A DNA stretch of 64,000 bases from Macrostomum lignano (lineage: Eukaryota). The notes beneath the pieces are model-generated. The model did not search any database. It was not told where the DNA came from and saw only the letters and a list, made by a program, of their open reading frames with translations. The stretch spans positions 310,001 through 374,000 of the forward strand of contig NIVC01000251.1 in NCBI GenBank assembly GCA_002269645.1, read 5' to 3'. A program made the translations under genes and the position numbers. Shown one piece after another: positions 28,696 to 42,557 of the stretch (the stretch's first letter is position 1; each line of letters opens with the position of its first letter).

Positions 28696-30329
28696 TTGTC
28701 TGTCTGGGGAGCTTCTGTGTGTCCCTGTCTGTATGTAAAAATATTAAAAACTCATAATATATTAGTCTGACCTTAAAATTATTATTCTTAATCCGAACGT
28801 AGGTCTCCTTGAGCGAAGGCGATTCAAATGGCGGCCTGCCTACAACTAGGGTGTAGAGAATGCAGCCCAGAGACCAGACGTCCACCTCAAAGCTGTGACC
28901 CTGCTTGTTAAGCACCTCCGGGGCCAGGTAATTAGGCGTGCCGCACATTGTCTTCTTCTGTTCGCCGTCTCTGTTGACCTGCGTAGCCAGGCCAAAGTCG
29001 CCGATTTTCACCTGGATTGGGATATTTTTAACAGGTTAGCGACTGCCGAAAAAAACTGTTTTCAGACGCCAGTAAATCTCTCCAACCTATTTCTAATCCT
29101 ATTTTTCTAACACTGGTTCCACTACGGCAACCTTATCCCCTTCACAATCAATCCATCATTAACTTATTACGTAATCAAAAAATACTTCTTTAACACCGAC
29201 TCTACCTCTCAACCTACTTTCCCAACACCAACTCTACCTCTCAACCTACTTTCCCAACACCGACTCTACCTCTTAACCTACTTCCCGAACAGACTCTACC
29301 TCAACCTACTTTTTAAACGGACTCTACCTTTCAACCTACTTTTTCAACACTGACTCTACCTCCTCAAACTACTTTTCCTAACACTTACTCTATCTCTCAA
29401 CCTACTTTCCCAACACTAAAAATCTACCTGTCAACCTTCTTCCCTAACACTTACTCCCTTCTTCTCCAACACTGGCCCTACTACTCAACCTTCTTCACAT
29501 AACACATACTTTACCTCTCAACCTACTTTCCCAACAAAAAGTCTACCTCTTAACCTACTTTTTAACACTGACAACACTGACCCTACTTCTCAACCTACTT
29601 TTTAAACACTGATCCTACTACTCAACCTACTTCCCCTAACACTTACTTTACCTCTTAACCTACTTCTCTAAAATATAAAACCTACAACATAACCTACTTT
29701 TCTCAAGCAACAGCACTGCATCACAATTTACTTTTCTACCATCTGAATATATACTCCTAACGCAACTTTCAATATTTCAACTTACTCACCCATAGTTTAG
29801 AATTGAGAAACACGTTTCCCAGTTTGAGATCGCGGTGAATAATCTTGTTGCTATGCAGATACTGGCAGCCGCTGACAATCTGTCTCATAAAGTACTGAGC
29901 CTCAGGCACAGTGACCAGCTTTCGCCTACGATGCAGCTCCATCAGGGAACGCCTTGAGCACAGCTCCAACAAGATGTACATGTTTTCCTGATCGGCAAAA
30001 CTATCGTAGAACTTCACCAAATGTTCGTGCGACAATTTCCGATGAATCTCGATCTCCTGAATCATCTTCTCTTTCTGCGAGTCTTTAACTAGAAGCTTTT
30101 TGGACACGATCTTGCAAGCCAGGGTGCGGCAGTCGCTAGCATCTGAGCTAGTCACCTCGTAGCAGAAAGCGAAACCGCCTTTGCCAAGAAATTTGCCGCA
30201 ATTGTAAGAAATTCTACTTTGTGAGTTCACAATCACGGCCGGAATTGTGGGATTCTTAGCCCGCTGTGCTGCTGCGGCATCCGCATTAGCCGGTACTGCC
30301 TTTGATGTGATTGGCATTGCTGCTTTCAT
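25779..30329 (-). CDS. plk1: Polo-like kinase 1, 5 exons, about 639 aa
   Basis: Exons 30329-29790, 29011-28772, 28331-27861, 27255-26833, 26024-25779; all introns GT-AG, phase 0, all exon lengths multiples of 3. Motifs: [43 protein letters not shown]-box-like RQAL, polo box 1 [19 protein letters not shown], polo box 2 [11 protein letters not shown] (His/Lys pincer). Confidence 0.97.
26125..26790. repeat. 24-bp minisatellite (ACTAACTGAGTCACTGAATGTGTC)n in plk1 intron 4
   Basis: Tandem units, most containing TGAGTCA. Confidence 0.96.
27340..27765. repeat. About 19-20-bp minisatellite (ATCTTCACAAATCCCCCAT)n in plk1 intron 3
   Basis: Tandem units visible. Confidence 0.92.
28505..28735. repeat. 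(TCTG)n-based compound repeat in plk1 intron 2
   Basis: Direct observation. Confidence 0.92.
29195..29700. repeat. Degenerate about 30-bp repeat (ACTCTACCTCTCAACCTACTTTCCCAAC) in plk1 intron 1
   Basis: Recurrent CTCAACCTACTT core. Confidence 0.85.
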
Positions 30330-31258
30330 TTTACTGCTTTTAGTAGGATAATATCAGCTTGAACTTTGGATTACTTGTTGGAAATTTAAATCTGTGCCAG
30401 GGGGCAGCAATGTATAGGATTTTTTTATAAATTGGATTTTAGTTGAAACGCTTGGGCTGTACAACCCAGCACTTGTGCACACAAAACATTGGCTAGGGGT
30501 GAGAGGGGCTTGTTGTGCATAGTCCATATGAATGAGAATCAATCCTTTAAGACAGAATGTACATGCCTGAATATTAGAAAGTCAGGGCCACTGTTGACTC
30601 CATGTAAGAGACTCAGTACATGTTTATTCAGTATTGGCGCACTTGTAGTGTGCTCAGTAATCAGTAGAATGGGCAGAACTACCTTAGCACTAGTTAAACT
30701 TAAAGTTTAGAGTAGGATCCACACTGAGGTTTGTTTAGGGTTTAGGTTCTGGCCAAGATTTTGGTATTCAATTTATATAGACAGTCTAATTGTGACAATT
30801 TAATTTAATGGACATTTAATCTGGTATTCCTACCCCAAAAGAAAATAAATAAATATACTTAATGCATTAGCAGGAAAAATAATAAAATAAATATTTAATA
30901 AATTTTGGAACACAATATATAGATACTATAGATACATTGACAAGGATATATGGCTAACTTTGACCCTAGGAACATATCTACATAGGATCATAGAAATGCA
31001 ATTTTATAGTTCATTTAAGTTTCTTTTCTTAATTTCTTTTTGAAATTGACAACTTCTCAGTTTGACATATCACTAATATCATTAATGTAGAAATCAATTT
31101 TTCAAAATAAAGACATTTACTTGACTATTGATTAAGCTTTTAGAATTAACCTTTCTGCTAACCCTAAAGTAAGTATTTGGGCTTGTTATAACAGCTAGTA
31201 AAATATAATTAAAAATGATTAGATTTTTCTTATTTCTGAATATTTATTAAGAATACTG

Positions 31259-31360
31259 CTTAGGAAATCCTTGTATTCTTGGGAATCCCTAGGGGTCCCA
31301 GTTTAGGGCCCCAACATAAGTATGAGAGGCACCAATCTTTTAAGCTAGAGGGCACAAAAA
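31259..31360. repeat. About 100-bp dispersed direct repeat, second copy at about 34375-34470
   Basis: TTAGGAAATCC...GGGTCCCAGTTT.GGG..C.AACATAA.TATGA.A.GCAC.AA..TTTTAAGCTA.AGGG is shared by both sites. Confidence 0.75.
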
Positions 31361-34300
31361 CATGTGAAGGGGCAAAAAACCAAGATTAGAGGCACAAAAA
31401 ATGCATGTAAAGAGGTGAAAAATCAAACCTAAAGGTGAAAACTTAGTTTTTAGGAAGTGCAATTTTGATTGCAATATGTTTCATTAAGCTATTTTGAAAG
31501 GAAAGGGAGTAGCTACTTTTTTGGGAACTTTAATATTATCATTTTTTGCCATTTTATTTTTTTATAGCACCTTGGGATATAGCACTTGTGATTTAGATAT
31601 ATAGAATATTAGAAGATAAAGAGCATACCATCTTCAAATAAAAACTATTTTTATATTGATTGTTTTTAAGATAGCATAAATAGACTAAAGAAAAATTACA
31701 TTATACTCTATAATATATTATGAAATTTGGATATCTGCTTTTAAAGCCCCAAATTTCATGATTTTTATCACCTACAAGATAAACAGACTTGAAAAAAATT
31801 ATAGCTACAGATCAAAACGATTTTTTCAAATTTGCAAAAAAATGACACTTGGATCTCCATAGTATATTAAATTGATATTCAATTTTAAGTACTTTTGCTT
31901 GCTCTCTATCGTTAGAAATTGACATGCAATACTTCACCTAAGCACTAAGTGATTATCATAACTGAAACCAAACTCAAAGCTCTCTTTCAAGCATTCTTTC
32001 ATTTTAAGGAAGTCAGTTTGGTTCCCTTGTTTACTAGAAGTTTTCTATTTTATGTTTTATGTTTGTACTTTTATGTTTTCTATTTCATTTACTAGAAGGC
32101 ATTTTTATCTAGTAGCAATTAATGTATCAACTAGAAATGTTTATCTTTTTAACTCCTTTACCATTTAATATCCATTAGCAGAAATGTGTTGCCCCAAATT
32201 GTAGAAAATGGAAGTAAGAAGCTTTTCTTTTTAACCTATGACTTTAGATAAGACAATTATAATTATAAGAATACACATCCATATAAGCTTTTCTGAATCT
32301 GGTTTTCTATATCTGGTACCAAAACATCTGTAAGTATTTTTCACTCAAAGAATTTAAGAAAATACTACTTTTGCAATGGCAGTGCTCCATACACTAAGAA
32401 AGACAATTCTTTCAGATGTGGTACCTTTGTCTACTTATTTGCCAAAGGCATAATTCTTAGTAGGGAGCTACACTATAAGTGGCAAGCAAAGACTTTTTGA
32501 ATAGATGCACTGTTACATATAATATAGAAAATAATCAGCAACAATTCCATTCATAGTAGCTAATCAAGGTTTTTGTGCTATTTGTCAAGCAGAAAAGCTA
32601 CCAAAAGCAGTTAGTATAGCAACAATTGATTGAGTGAGTTGTAAAATTTGTTTATATGCTTATACATATAAATACCTCTCTGCCAAATAACTATCCATAT
32701 GCACTCACTTTTATTTTTATCTCTAGTATATGCACTACTAATAGATCAAGTGTTTTTCTTGTCTTGACTAGATCCACTGCATCTATGTATCTATAATGCA
32801 AGAAAAGGCAAACTTCTGCTGTTTAATCGGCATTAATTTACTCAATTGATTGACAAATAGCATACAATTCCATGGCTTAACTTTGTGCAGCAAGATGCAT
32901 GACACATGAAATTTTGATATATGTGGTAGGCCGGTCTACCACTGGGGTTTGGCAGCAGTTGGTAGCAATGCAATGCCTCCCATTGGTGGACTGCTTGACA
33001 TCATCCAACTGTTCCTTTGATTGATGTTTCCCATTCCCCTGGTTGATCCTACCATTGTTCCCCCAGCTAGTCTTTTCCCTGGTCCCATCCTTGTTTTAAC
33101 ATGTTTTGCCACATATCCACTACTGATTTTATTCTTTTTTCCCTTGTGTATTCCACCCGGTGTTCCCTTTTGTGTCCCACTCCCAGGAATTAGCCGAGTT
33201 TTGCATACAAATTTTTGCATGTTTAGTTTTAGTTTTCAACCCCTACCTCCCCCTTACTTTTGTTCTGGTTTTGTTTTGGACCGTAGCTAATCTCTCATTT
33301 GCTTAGTGCATAACCTTTATTTATTTCATTAATTGCTCTTGGTACTGTCAAATCTATTCTTGTTATAGCAAACTAATAATTAATAATAATACTTTTAGTA
33401 ATTCTCAGTAACTTTTTTAACTAGTGCTTATCCAGTGTTGATAATAAAAAGTGACGACAATATTTATTTACTTGTTCCTAATTAAAGCCTTTAGTTTCTA
33501 TTGAGTCATTTGCCTGCAGGGCATAAAACAACCATTTAGCTTTATCTCAAAGAAAGCTCTAAGGCCCTAGCTAAACGCATCAGTTTGTGCCATTTTTCCA
33601 GCTTTACGAGTGCTAAGACAATGTAGGTGGCAATTCAAAGTTGAACTGCCCCACCTAAATTGGTGTCAGCAACCAACCAATTTCAATTTAAATTTTTCTT
33701 ATTTTTTTTTCTTCTCTACCCCTGGCTTATGTAATTATTTATTTTAATGATTGACACTAAGAGTTAATTGAGGTTTACCAAAATAATTATTTATTTAGTG
33801 CAAATAAACTTTCAACTCAATATCAAATGTTACACTATTGTAATAAGACTATAAGGTTTTCTTTAAATAGTTTTTGAGTATAAAGCTTGGTTTCAATTAT
33901 GGTAATTATTTAAGTGTCTAGGTTAAGTATTGCATGTCAATTTTTACCAATAGAAAGCAAGCAATAAGTAATTGAAATTAAAATAATTGAATACATTGTG
34001 GAAATGGAAATATTATTTTTTTCTTGAATAGTTCTAGAACATGAAGCTTTGAGTTCAGTTTCAGTTATGATAATTGCTTAGTGTTGGGATGAGATAAAAT
34101 ACTACATGTTAACTTTCAATTATAAAGAGCAAGCAGAAGCATTTGAAATAAAATATCAATCTAATATAATATAGAAAAAATAAGAATATAAGTTTTTTTG
34201 CAAATTGTAAAAACTCTTTCTAATATATATATATATATATATATGATAGGCCTAGGCATAATTTTTTTAAAGTCTGTTTATCTTGTAGATGATATTTTTT

Positions 34301-35226
34301 TATAAAAATCCCAATATTTGATACATTAAAAGCAAAGATTTTTGTTATTTCTAAATATCAATCTTGCATATTGTTTAGGAAATCCCTGCATTTGGGGGGG
34401 GGGGGTCAGGGTCCCAGTTTGGGGCACTAACATAAATATGAAAAGCACTAAGTTTTAAGCTAAAGGGTAGGCCTACAAAACCTAATCAGCCTAACCTTGA
34501 GAAAAGAATTTCTTTATTATATAGACAAAGCTACATGCTTAATAAAGAAAGTAAACTTAAAAACATTGGCTATAGCAAAAAAAGTATTCTTATAAATACT
34601 TACAATTACAACCCCTTTATGCATTTTATTAGGTTAGGCTAACTTCTATAGGTAGGCCTATTATATTTACAAAGGTTCTGGCTATTTTGGTCAAGTAGAC
34701 CTATTAGATTTGTTTGATGATATACCATGTTCATAGTTCAGATTATATATATTAGAATATGCTAGGTTTAATGCCAAAAAAATCATTTGTATACTAGGTT
34801 TGTGCATCAATTTAAAAAATTGTCGTTTGACACAATGTATTTGCTATGTCATATATACCAGGATTACACTGAAATGGTAAGACCCTTGTTGTATGCCAAG
34901 AAATCCCAATAGGCCTATATATATATATCACTTTCCAAACTATGGATAACATATAAGATCTAGGCCTTAAGGATATAAAAAGCTATGGATGAGATGTTTT
35001 AGGTCCTAGAGAAAAGTCCCAATAAGCCTAGAATCTTTTGAGCCAAGCTCAGTAGAGTAGGCCTAATAGGCCTTTGGCCTAACAATAAATGTCAAATAGT
35101 CAAGTTGAGCTTGATGCTTGAGTAGCTTAGTTTATTATTATTAATGCCATAATGGCTATTATTCAACTATATGCAGATGTAGTAGGGCCTATATTCTGCC
35201 TATTCATAACTTATAAATAGCGTAAG

Positions 35227-35651
35227 CTGGGTTTTTGGGCCATATGGGGTTTTTTAGCCCCTTGAAAATCTTATTGGCAATTGGATTTTTGGCATCAAAT
35301 GCCAATCTAGCAACTTCATTTTTCCCATGCCAGTTGCCAATTTCAAAAAAATTATTTTGTAAATGTAATAAAAGTGCAATATAAATCAATATGATGGATA
35401 ATGATGGAATTGTTAGGCCCCCTAGTTTGTTAGGCCTATTGTTTGCAGCATAGATAGGCCCCCCTAGGCCTAGCAATCTTAGAATTGAGAGAACAAATTT
35501 CTGCTTCTCAAACATAGCCTTGGAAATATCCATCCTCAAGAATTTGGCTAGTTGCCAATTTGCAACCGAAAATAGCCATTGGCAACTGGATTTTGAGCCC
35601 CTAGGGCCAGTTGGCAACTGAGTCTGGATTTCCAATCTTTAAAAAACCCAG
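35227..35651. mobile_element. Candidate MITE with short inverted ends CTGGGTTTTT...AAAAACCCAG
   Basis: 10-bp terminal inverted match only; no convincing target-site duplication. Confidence 0.3.
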
Positions 35652-35929
35652 AGTGTCGGTACTGTCAATCAGAATGGGCATAAACCAAGCCACCAAGTTC
35701 TAAATTCTAATAAGAGATGGTTAGACACACGGAAACAGCACGGGACTGTTTGGCCTAGTCCTACTCCTACAGGGCTACAGCCTACAGGCTTCTACTATAA
35801 GATTATAATAAGGTACACTGTCACTATTTTAGGCATTACACCCAAATCTGTTTACTTTATGCAAGGCCTAGGGCTAGGGCTAAGCCTAAGCCTAGGGCTT
35901 CCAGTAGCCCGTTATGATTCTTCAATAAG

Positions 35930-36075
35930 AAAATTACGCGAAATTTGTGCAATATACAAAATTTAACGATACAATAGTTTTCGTTTGTACAGTGCAATCA
36001 TGATGCGATCTTGAAATCAACAGCTGGCAATAGTGCAGTTTCGTTCGCGAAATTATTTTTCGTTTGAATTTGAAA
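35930..36075. promoter_or_regulatory. Candidate cell-cycle (E2F/CHR-like) promoter, possibly for plk1
   Basis: TTACGCGAAA (35934) and TTCGCGAAA (36044) E2F-like sites and tandem TTTGAA at 36063 and 36069, where CpG-normal sequence resumes upstream of plk1. Short motifs in AT-rich DNA, so the assignment is inference. Confidence 0.3.
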
Positions 36076-39000
36076 GTTCGAAGCCAGAAAACAATAACAA
36101 CGATGTTTTAAACCATTCTAGCGACTGTGCCAGAGGCCAGAGCTCAATTCTGCTCTGGCAACAGCTCAATCCATCGACCCGTGCTTAATTTATGTAGTTT
36201 AAAAATCGCGACAGTACGTTAATACAAGTCACTCAGTAGTAGTTCACAACCTCACTACCTTAAAACTCAGAAAAAGGTATCCCGGGGACTTCTCCAAGTA
36301 AATATAACATTAGAGGTACTTGTTCAGTTTATGAATCAAATGCTACCTTACAATGTTTCAAAACCCTTAGTGCATTCACATGGCCGCCTGCTGGAAGTCC
36401 TTTAAATTGTGTTCGTGTTACAGAATTGAGTTTAATGATCAAAGAAATGTAAGCTGTGGTTAAATAAACTTCAATTTCCATGGGATGGTCGTGCATCCAG
36501 TCTGCAGGGCCGCAGACATCTGAGAAGATCGAATTGTTGCCATCTGGGCCATCCAGTCCGTGGCAGTCTGTGGCCGGTCATCGAACTACAATTGAATCAC
36601 TTTAAATGGGACGCGGATTGAATGACCATCAAAAAACAAGTCAGTATAGCTTTCTGAAAAGTCAGGTCGGGCGTCCGGTGCTCTAAGTCCGGTGCCATAT
36701 TCGAAATCTCAGTCGTCGTTGGATGAAAAACTCAAAAAATTACCACATGAAAATTGTTTTACATAGCCGGGAAACTATAGGATTGCCGACAGTTTATCTA
36801 TTTTAGGTGACTGGAATTGAGATTTCATTAATTTATAGTGATGAGGACGCACTTTTTTCCAAACTTCACGCTCGCACGTGGGCTCCAAACTTACTAGCCT
36901 ACCTAACAACAGGCTATAATGGGCATATATTTTCTTCTCTTTATGTAATTTTCCTAGAATTCATACTAGTTATATGATTTTGCCATACTTGCAGTTATAA
37001 TAACATAGGTGCGACTTTAGGGTCATAATTCATTGCTTTCGAGCTGGCCTGACAGCCACCTGCGCCTCACTCAATGCTGTGACTGACGCCATATGGTCTG
37101 AGAGGATGCGGGCTGTAGCTTTTTTCTCATCATTTTGACAGGCCATCAAGATTTATGAGGTCAATTGTTCGTGTTTACTCAAGCGTGTGACAGCTTTGAC
37201 AGCCATGCGTTTTACCCCTAAAAGTACGTTGGGATTAGCGATTAGCGATTTCTCTTCATTATCTTCACTTTCTACTTAATAATTAAGAGCTTCTAATGTA
37301 TATTTTTTCATTAATTTTTGTCATTCCTACGCGAAAGGTCATAAATCATTATATAGCAATTTGGAGTGATTTATCAGAAATCAGAAAGCCAATTCAGCTC
37401 AGCCAATCAGAAAATTCGGCGTGCGTTATAACAAATCGGCTCATGCAGCAATCAGAATCGGGGTGTTCCATTATAACAAATTACGGTCCAGTTGGCGGCT
37501 ATTTAAACCGGTGTTTTTGGCCCGCTCGGACTCAACTTCCTGCTCCGCCTCCTGGGACTTTGGCCTAACTTAGACCTCCCGGAGCTCGACCGTCGTCTCT
37601 TGATCCCCGGATCGCGACTTCCCCCATCATCGTCAAGGACGAATCCCCCCGGTCGTCAGCAGCGAACATCAAGGTTAAGATCATCACCTGCTAGCTATCT
37701 GCGAAGATTGTGACATCGGCATTATCCCGGGCCCTAAGAAGAAGCACTAAGCCGATTCGGTCACTGTGGATTACCTGGTCTCCGTCTCCGGCTGTTGAGT
37801 TTCTGATTGGTTGGGTGAGAGGCTACCTAGACTTGCTTTATTGGGCGATCCCTTATCTGCCCCCTATTTCAGTAGCTGGATTAGGCGCACACTTTTGCTC
37901 ATTTTGTTCAGTAGTGCTGTTACTGAGGCAGATATCACTTAATAATAATACTAATAATGTTCTGATACTCCGATCCAATCTGAAGTGTGAAGGGATTTAG
38001 TGAGAAGGTTAAATCTGACAGTTATTTTTATCGGTTTTATTTCTTTGTTCGCCGTTGGCTCAGATGAGTTAGTAGGCGCCGGTCGCAGTGGACCAATGGC
38101 AAGGCAGTTCTCAGTCGATCAATCTATCGAATCAGTTAGCGAAACTGCCAGTAGTGCAGAATCGGCGTCAGAGATGTACTTTGTGCACTCTAGGTTTGCC
38201 AAGCGGCTCGGGTAATGAATCATGCGGCCTCCGAAGTTCGAGTTAGTCTATCATCAGCGCTAGGAGAGGCTAGTTGACTCGTTGAAGGCCGAAAGTACAA
38301 TTCCTCGTATTTAGCAATGTAATAGTACATGTAGCTACCCCATAGTCTCGCCACTGCAAGAATCCCCTGCACAAGTCCCCTCTGTACCTGCATGGCCAAT
38401 GCGATCTAGTCCCAGCAGTGTCCCTTATCATCGGCTATGACTTCGAGATTGACAGCAAAAAGACACTAGTTGGCAGGTAAGTGCAAAGCCCCCTCTAGTC
38501 GGAAGCCCGATTTCGAAAGTTCCGGTTTGGTGAGCCAGAACGCACGGGCTGGTGGCAGCGGGTTAGTTAATCTGCGGATTAGCTATCTCTACCTTCAAAA
38601 TTCTACCTGCTTGTCTCTCGCTGTCCCTCTCTTAGCTATAGGACCTAGACTGCTCCCCACACGATCAAGCTACCATGGGGCTCTCGGGCCCTTTTGATTA
38701 AAACTTCACAATACGAGGTCATAGCAATCTGACCCACTTCTAATGTTTATATCTCTACTCAGCGCTGTGCTCTCTAATCTGCTCTCTACTCTCTTCTTCA
38801 ATTCTCTCCTCTCCTCTTCCCTTTTTTTCTCTTCTCTATCATTCTCTCTCCTCTCTTCTCTCCTTATCTCCTCTCTCCACTCTTTTTTTCTCTCCACTAC
38901 TCTCTGCTCCTTTATTCCCTCTCCTCTTTTCCTTCCTCCGGTCCATAGTCATGCTCATAAGTCCACTATCTGGCCTTTGAGGTAGAAAGTTTGCAGACCC

Positions 39001-39297
39001 CTGCCTTAAATGGTTACAGAAACTGATTTTAAAAAAACCAAAATCGCACAAAGAGTTTCACAGATCTCATTACATATTGTATACATATACCTCAGCACAG
39101 TCATTTGCATGATGGGAAATGGAATTATAAGGTGTTATTCAACGTACTGTCGGCTATGGAGATATGCTATTTTGTAGCTAACAATTTGTCCCAGTGTTTA
39201 AACTTACAAATTACGCAACACTCGCGGCAACATGCGTACTATAACATGTACACTTAAATCGTTCATTAAAATGTTTAATCCAGTTAAACTATTAATG

Positions 39298-39602
39298 CAG
39301 GGGCCTCGCCACTGGAAGAGGGACAGGGGGGACATGTCCCCCAGTAAAAGTTATATGGGGGGACATGTCAATGATTTGTCACCCCCACCCCACCTTTCTT
39401 GCCCTGTTATGAAAATCAATAATTTTGCTTCAGGGCAACAAAGTAGCGCCTTCAGCACCAAAATGGTGCCTGTACGGCGCCAACACGATCGCTGAAAACA
39501 CCGTTTCTGAGAATAATGTACATTTAGGAATTTAATCATGTACACGTACATGTAGAATTCTTGGCTTTGTCCCACACCATAAAATCCATGGCGACGCCCC
39601 TG
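39298..39602. mobile_element. Non-autonomous hAT-like MITE, 305 bp
   Basis: Ends CAGGGGCCTCGCCA and TGGCGACGCCCCTG are inverted matches (13/14). Flanks TATTAATG / CATGAATG look like a decayed 8-bp TSD. Confidence 0.7.
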
Positions 39603-40432
39603 CATGAATGAAAGGGAACTGATTTCGCTATTTAAAAGGATCTATACCATCTTTTGGTCTGAATCACTCTACACAACTTCTGAGCCGAATCCATCCGAAT
39701 CGAGTGACAGCGGGCATTTGGTGTTGAAGTGAAATCTTGCTACAGTGAGTTTCAGGAGCGTCGAACCAATTGAAAGTGTTTACTCCTTTAGCCCAAAGCC
39801 TAAAATCGATGGCCACGCCCTCGAATGGGCGCAATTGTCAAGTACATGTGACACAAGTCATCTGTACATGTACGAGTACGTTCGTACTTACAATAAAATC
39901 CGTACATTTTCAGGAGCACCAGAGGCTCAAAACTTCATCGGAAGGTACATACATGTACGAGCGTACACATTCATAATTTTCCAATCTTAGGTGCGATAAG
40001 TTCACGTGAGAATGGGCCGTAATTTGTAAATTAAAATATTTACTTGATGAGATAAATAAAGAGGTATTAGTCTTTACAAATATTTCCATTTTTAATCCAA
40101 CGTCCTGCTAAAGATCTTCGTTACGTCATATGAACAAAATTAGACAGGACAGTAGCGAAAAAGCGCGCTGGCATGAGAAGAGCAAGAATAAAAGTTAAAC
40201 CTATAAGTATGGACGAAAAATAAATTCTGGGGACAAAAACTCTGATTTTTTAAAAAAAATGGTGAGCTTTTAGGAAGGATGTTTGGAAATACGCTCGTAA
40301 TAAAGGATTTAAAGCATATGAAACTATAAGAGGAATTAATTTGGTTAAAAGTGGCCAACGTACAGATGCAGACTTCGAATAAACAGGTAGAAAACTCAGG
40401 GATATTGTTACGTTAAATTTTACGCTCTCGGT

Positions 40433-42557
40433 TCATTTAGGATTTAGGAATTTGTGCTTGAGCAGCTCCGACGTGTCTGCTCGCTTCTTCGGATCCCTCA
40501 CAATGCACCTTAGATAAAACTCCTTGAGGCCAACCGAGAAATTCCCTTCAATTTGAGGCATCTCCCTTTTCTTGTCGACCATCACTAAGGGAATTCGAAA
40601 ACCGGGCACGCTGGAATTCGGAGGCTTCATGTGCGTCATCTCGAACACAGTGCAGCCGAACGCCCACACGTCAGTCTTGATGGAGTAAGGGATCGATGTT
40701 CCGTCTTCGTCCATGAACAGCTCGGGAGCCATGAAGTGCCAGGTGCCTTTTGCCTGATTGCCGGTCGTAAGGCCGCAGGTGCCCATAAATTCCTTGGCTA
40801 GACCGAAGTCAATTAGCTTGATGACGCCATCGTGGGTGAGCATGATGTTGGAACACTTTATGTCCCTGTGCAGGATAGGTCCCTGCGGCTGACAATGCAG
40901 GAAATTAAGACCGCTGCAAATCTGCAATGTTAATATGGGCATCAAATGATCAATTGGAGTAGCGAATTTTAAGTTCACATTCAGCGAATTTGAAATTTAC
41001 CTGTCTTGAGAAATCCATCACGCCTGACTCTTCAATTGGTTTCTCGTTCTGTTTCATCAGATCAAGGAGGCTGAGGCCGGAGATGAGCTCAGTGAAGATG
41101 CAGAAACCGTCGGATGTGACTTCACACTTGAGGAACAGTACAATGTTGGGATGCTTGACTGTCTTGAGTATCTCGATGCCTCTCTGCTCCAGCTTTAATT
41201 CGTTCTTCTCTCTCCAGGCGTCGCCGCTAACTGGAATAACCTTGACGGCCACGGTCTGGTACCGGTCAGTGAGGGCTTTGAAGACTTTGCTGAAACCGCC
41301 CGCGCCTAAGAGCTGCGGTTTGTCGTCCTGTTTCACGAAGCTCCAGGAAGTGAATCCCGGATCCAGCGGCTTTGAGACTCTGTGAATTATCAATAATATT
41401 TTATACTAAAGAGACTAAAGAGAATTATGCAACAGTGTTAGGCCGATTCCTTTGGTTCCTGAGCACGGCACATTTGCACAAAGGGTATACAGAAGTTCTT
41501 ACTGTGCATTGTATTACATGTACAAGCCCCGGACCCTACTTGGAGATTGTTTATTAACCTAACAACGAGTAGCATCAAACTAAACTCACAAGCTTGGCGA
41601 GCTTTCAAATGTGTTGGTATCACCTAGCGTTTGGGAAGCTGGTGGCTCCGGCTTCGGTTTAACGACAGGTTGCGGAGGCGTCGGTTGAGCAGCTGGTAGC
41701 TCAAACCTTGGTTTAACAGCTGGTTTTGGAGGCGTCGGTTGAGTAGCTGATGACTCAAACCTTGGTTGAACGGCTGGTTGCGGAGGCAATGTTTGAGCAG
41801 CTGGTGGCTCAAACCTTGGTTTCACGGCTGGTTGCGGAGGCAACGTTTGAGCAGCTGGTGGCTGGTCAGCAGGTGGCGGCGTGGGCAACGGACGGGCAGC
41901 GAGCTGCGGAGGCTGAAGCAGAGAAGCTCCCGGCTGCCACTTTTGGCTGGCAATCCACTCCCGCTTACTGCTCTTCCATGGATTATTGCTGCCCTTCTCC
42001 ACCCAGTCAATCAGTGTTTCACCTTTGTTATTTCTTAAGCTGAACATCTCGGAGCCGAGGTGACTAGCAAGAAACTGAAGCGACTCCACCGGCTGCAGCA
42101 TCGCGGCCCAATGGACGGCTGTGTTACCTTCATCGTCAGGAATTGTGAGGCAGTCAGTGCCAAGCCTCTCAACTAGCCACCGGAGCGATGCATTCGTTTT
42201 GGTATTCTTAGCAGCAAAATGAGCCGCTTTATTTCCCAACACTTCAAAGAAATTGAGGCCGAGAAATTCTCTGGAGAACTCCAACCACGAGTCGTCTTTG
42301 AACCATGCCATCAGATGAATGGGAGTCCAACCGTTGCTGTTCCTGCAGGTCAGACAGCTCTCTCCAAGTTTTTCTGTCAGCGCCTTGAGGCACTCCAGGC
42401 TAACTGACCATCTGGCTACGTGATGGCTCACTGACTGCTTCAATCCGCGATATTTGAACTCAATGTTGCTATCGAGTCGAGCGCACAGTCGCTCCAGTTC
42501 CCTGCTGTTTTCAACTTCAAACGCTGCTCTTATCTTTCGTTTGGTAAAGTAGCTCAT
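40433..42557 (-). CDS. Gene A: ankyrin repeats, Pro-rich repeat linker, MAP3K/STE11-like Ser/Thr kinase; about 611 aa, true 5' end uncertain
   Basis: Exons 42557-41590, 41379-41001, 40921-40433; introns phase 2 (TT|GTGAGT...CACAG|A) and phase 0. ANK motifs GWTPIHL, GNTAVHW, GETLID. Kinase motifs [41 protein letters not shown] 42557 chosen by alignment with gene C. Confidence 0.9.

Noticed and set aside
30150-30200. plk1 Gly-loop variant GKGGFAFCY
   Set aside because: A single substitution with all catalytic and polo-box residues intact; ordinary divergence.
32900-33290. GW-rich or Gly-rich ORF upstream of plk1
   Set aside because: The best-looking frame has several stops and no recognisable domain; probably decayed sequence.
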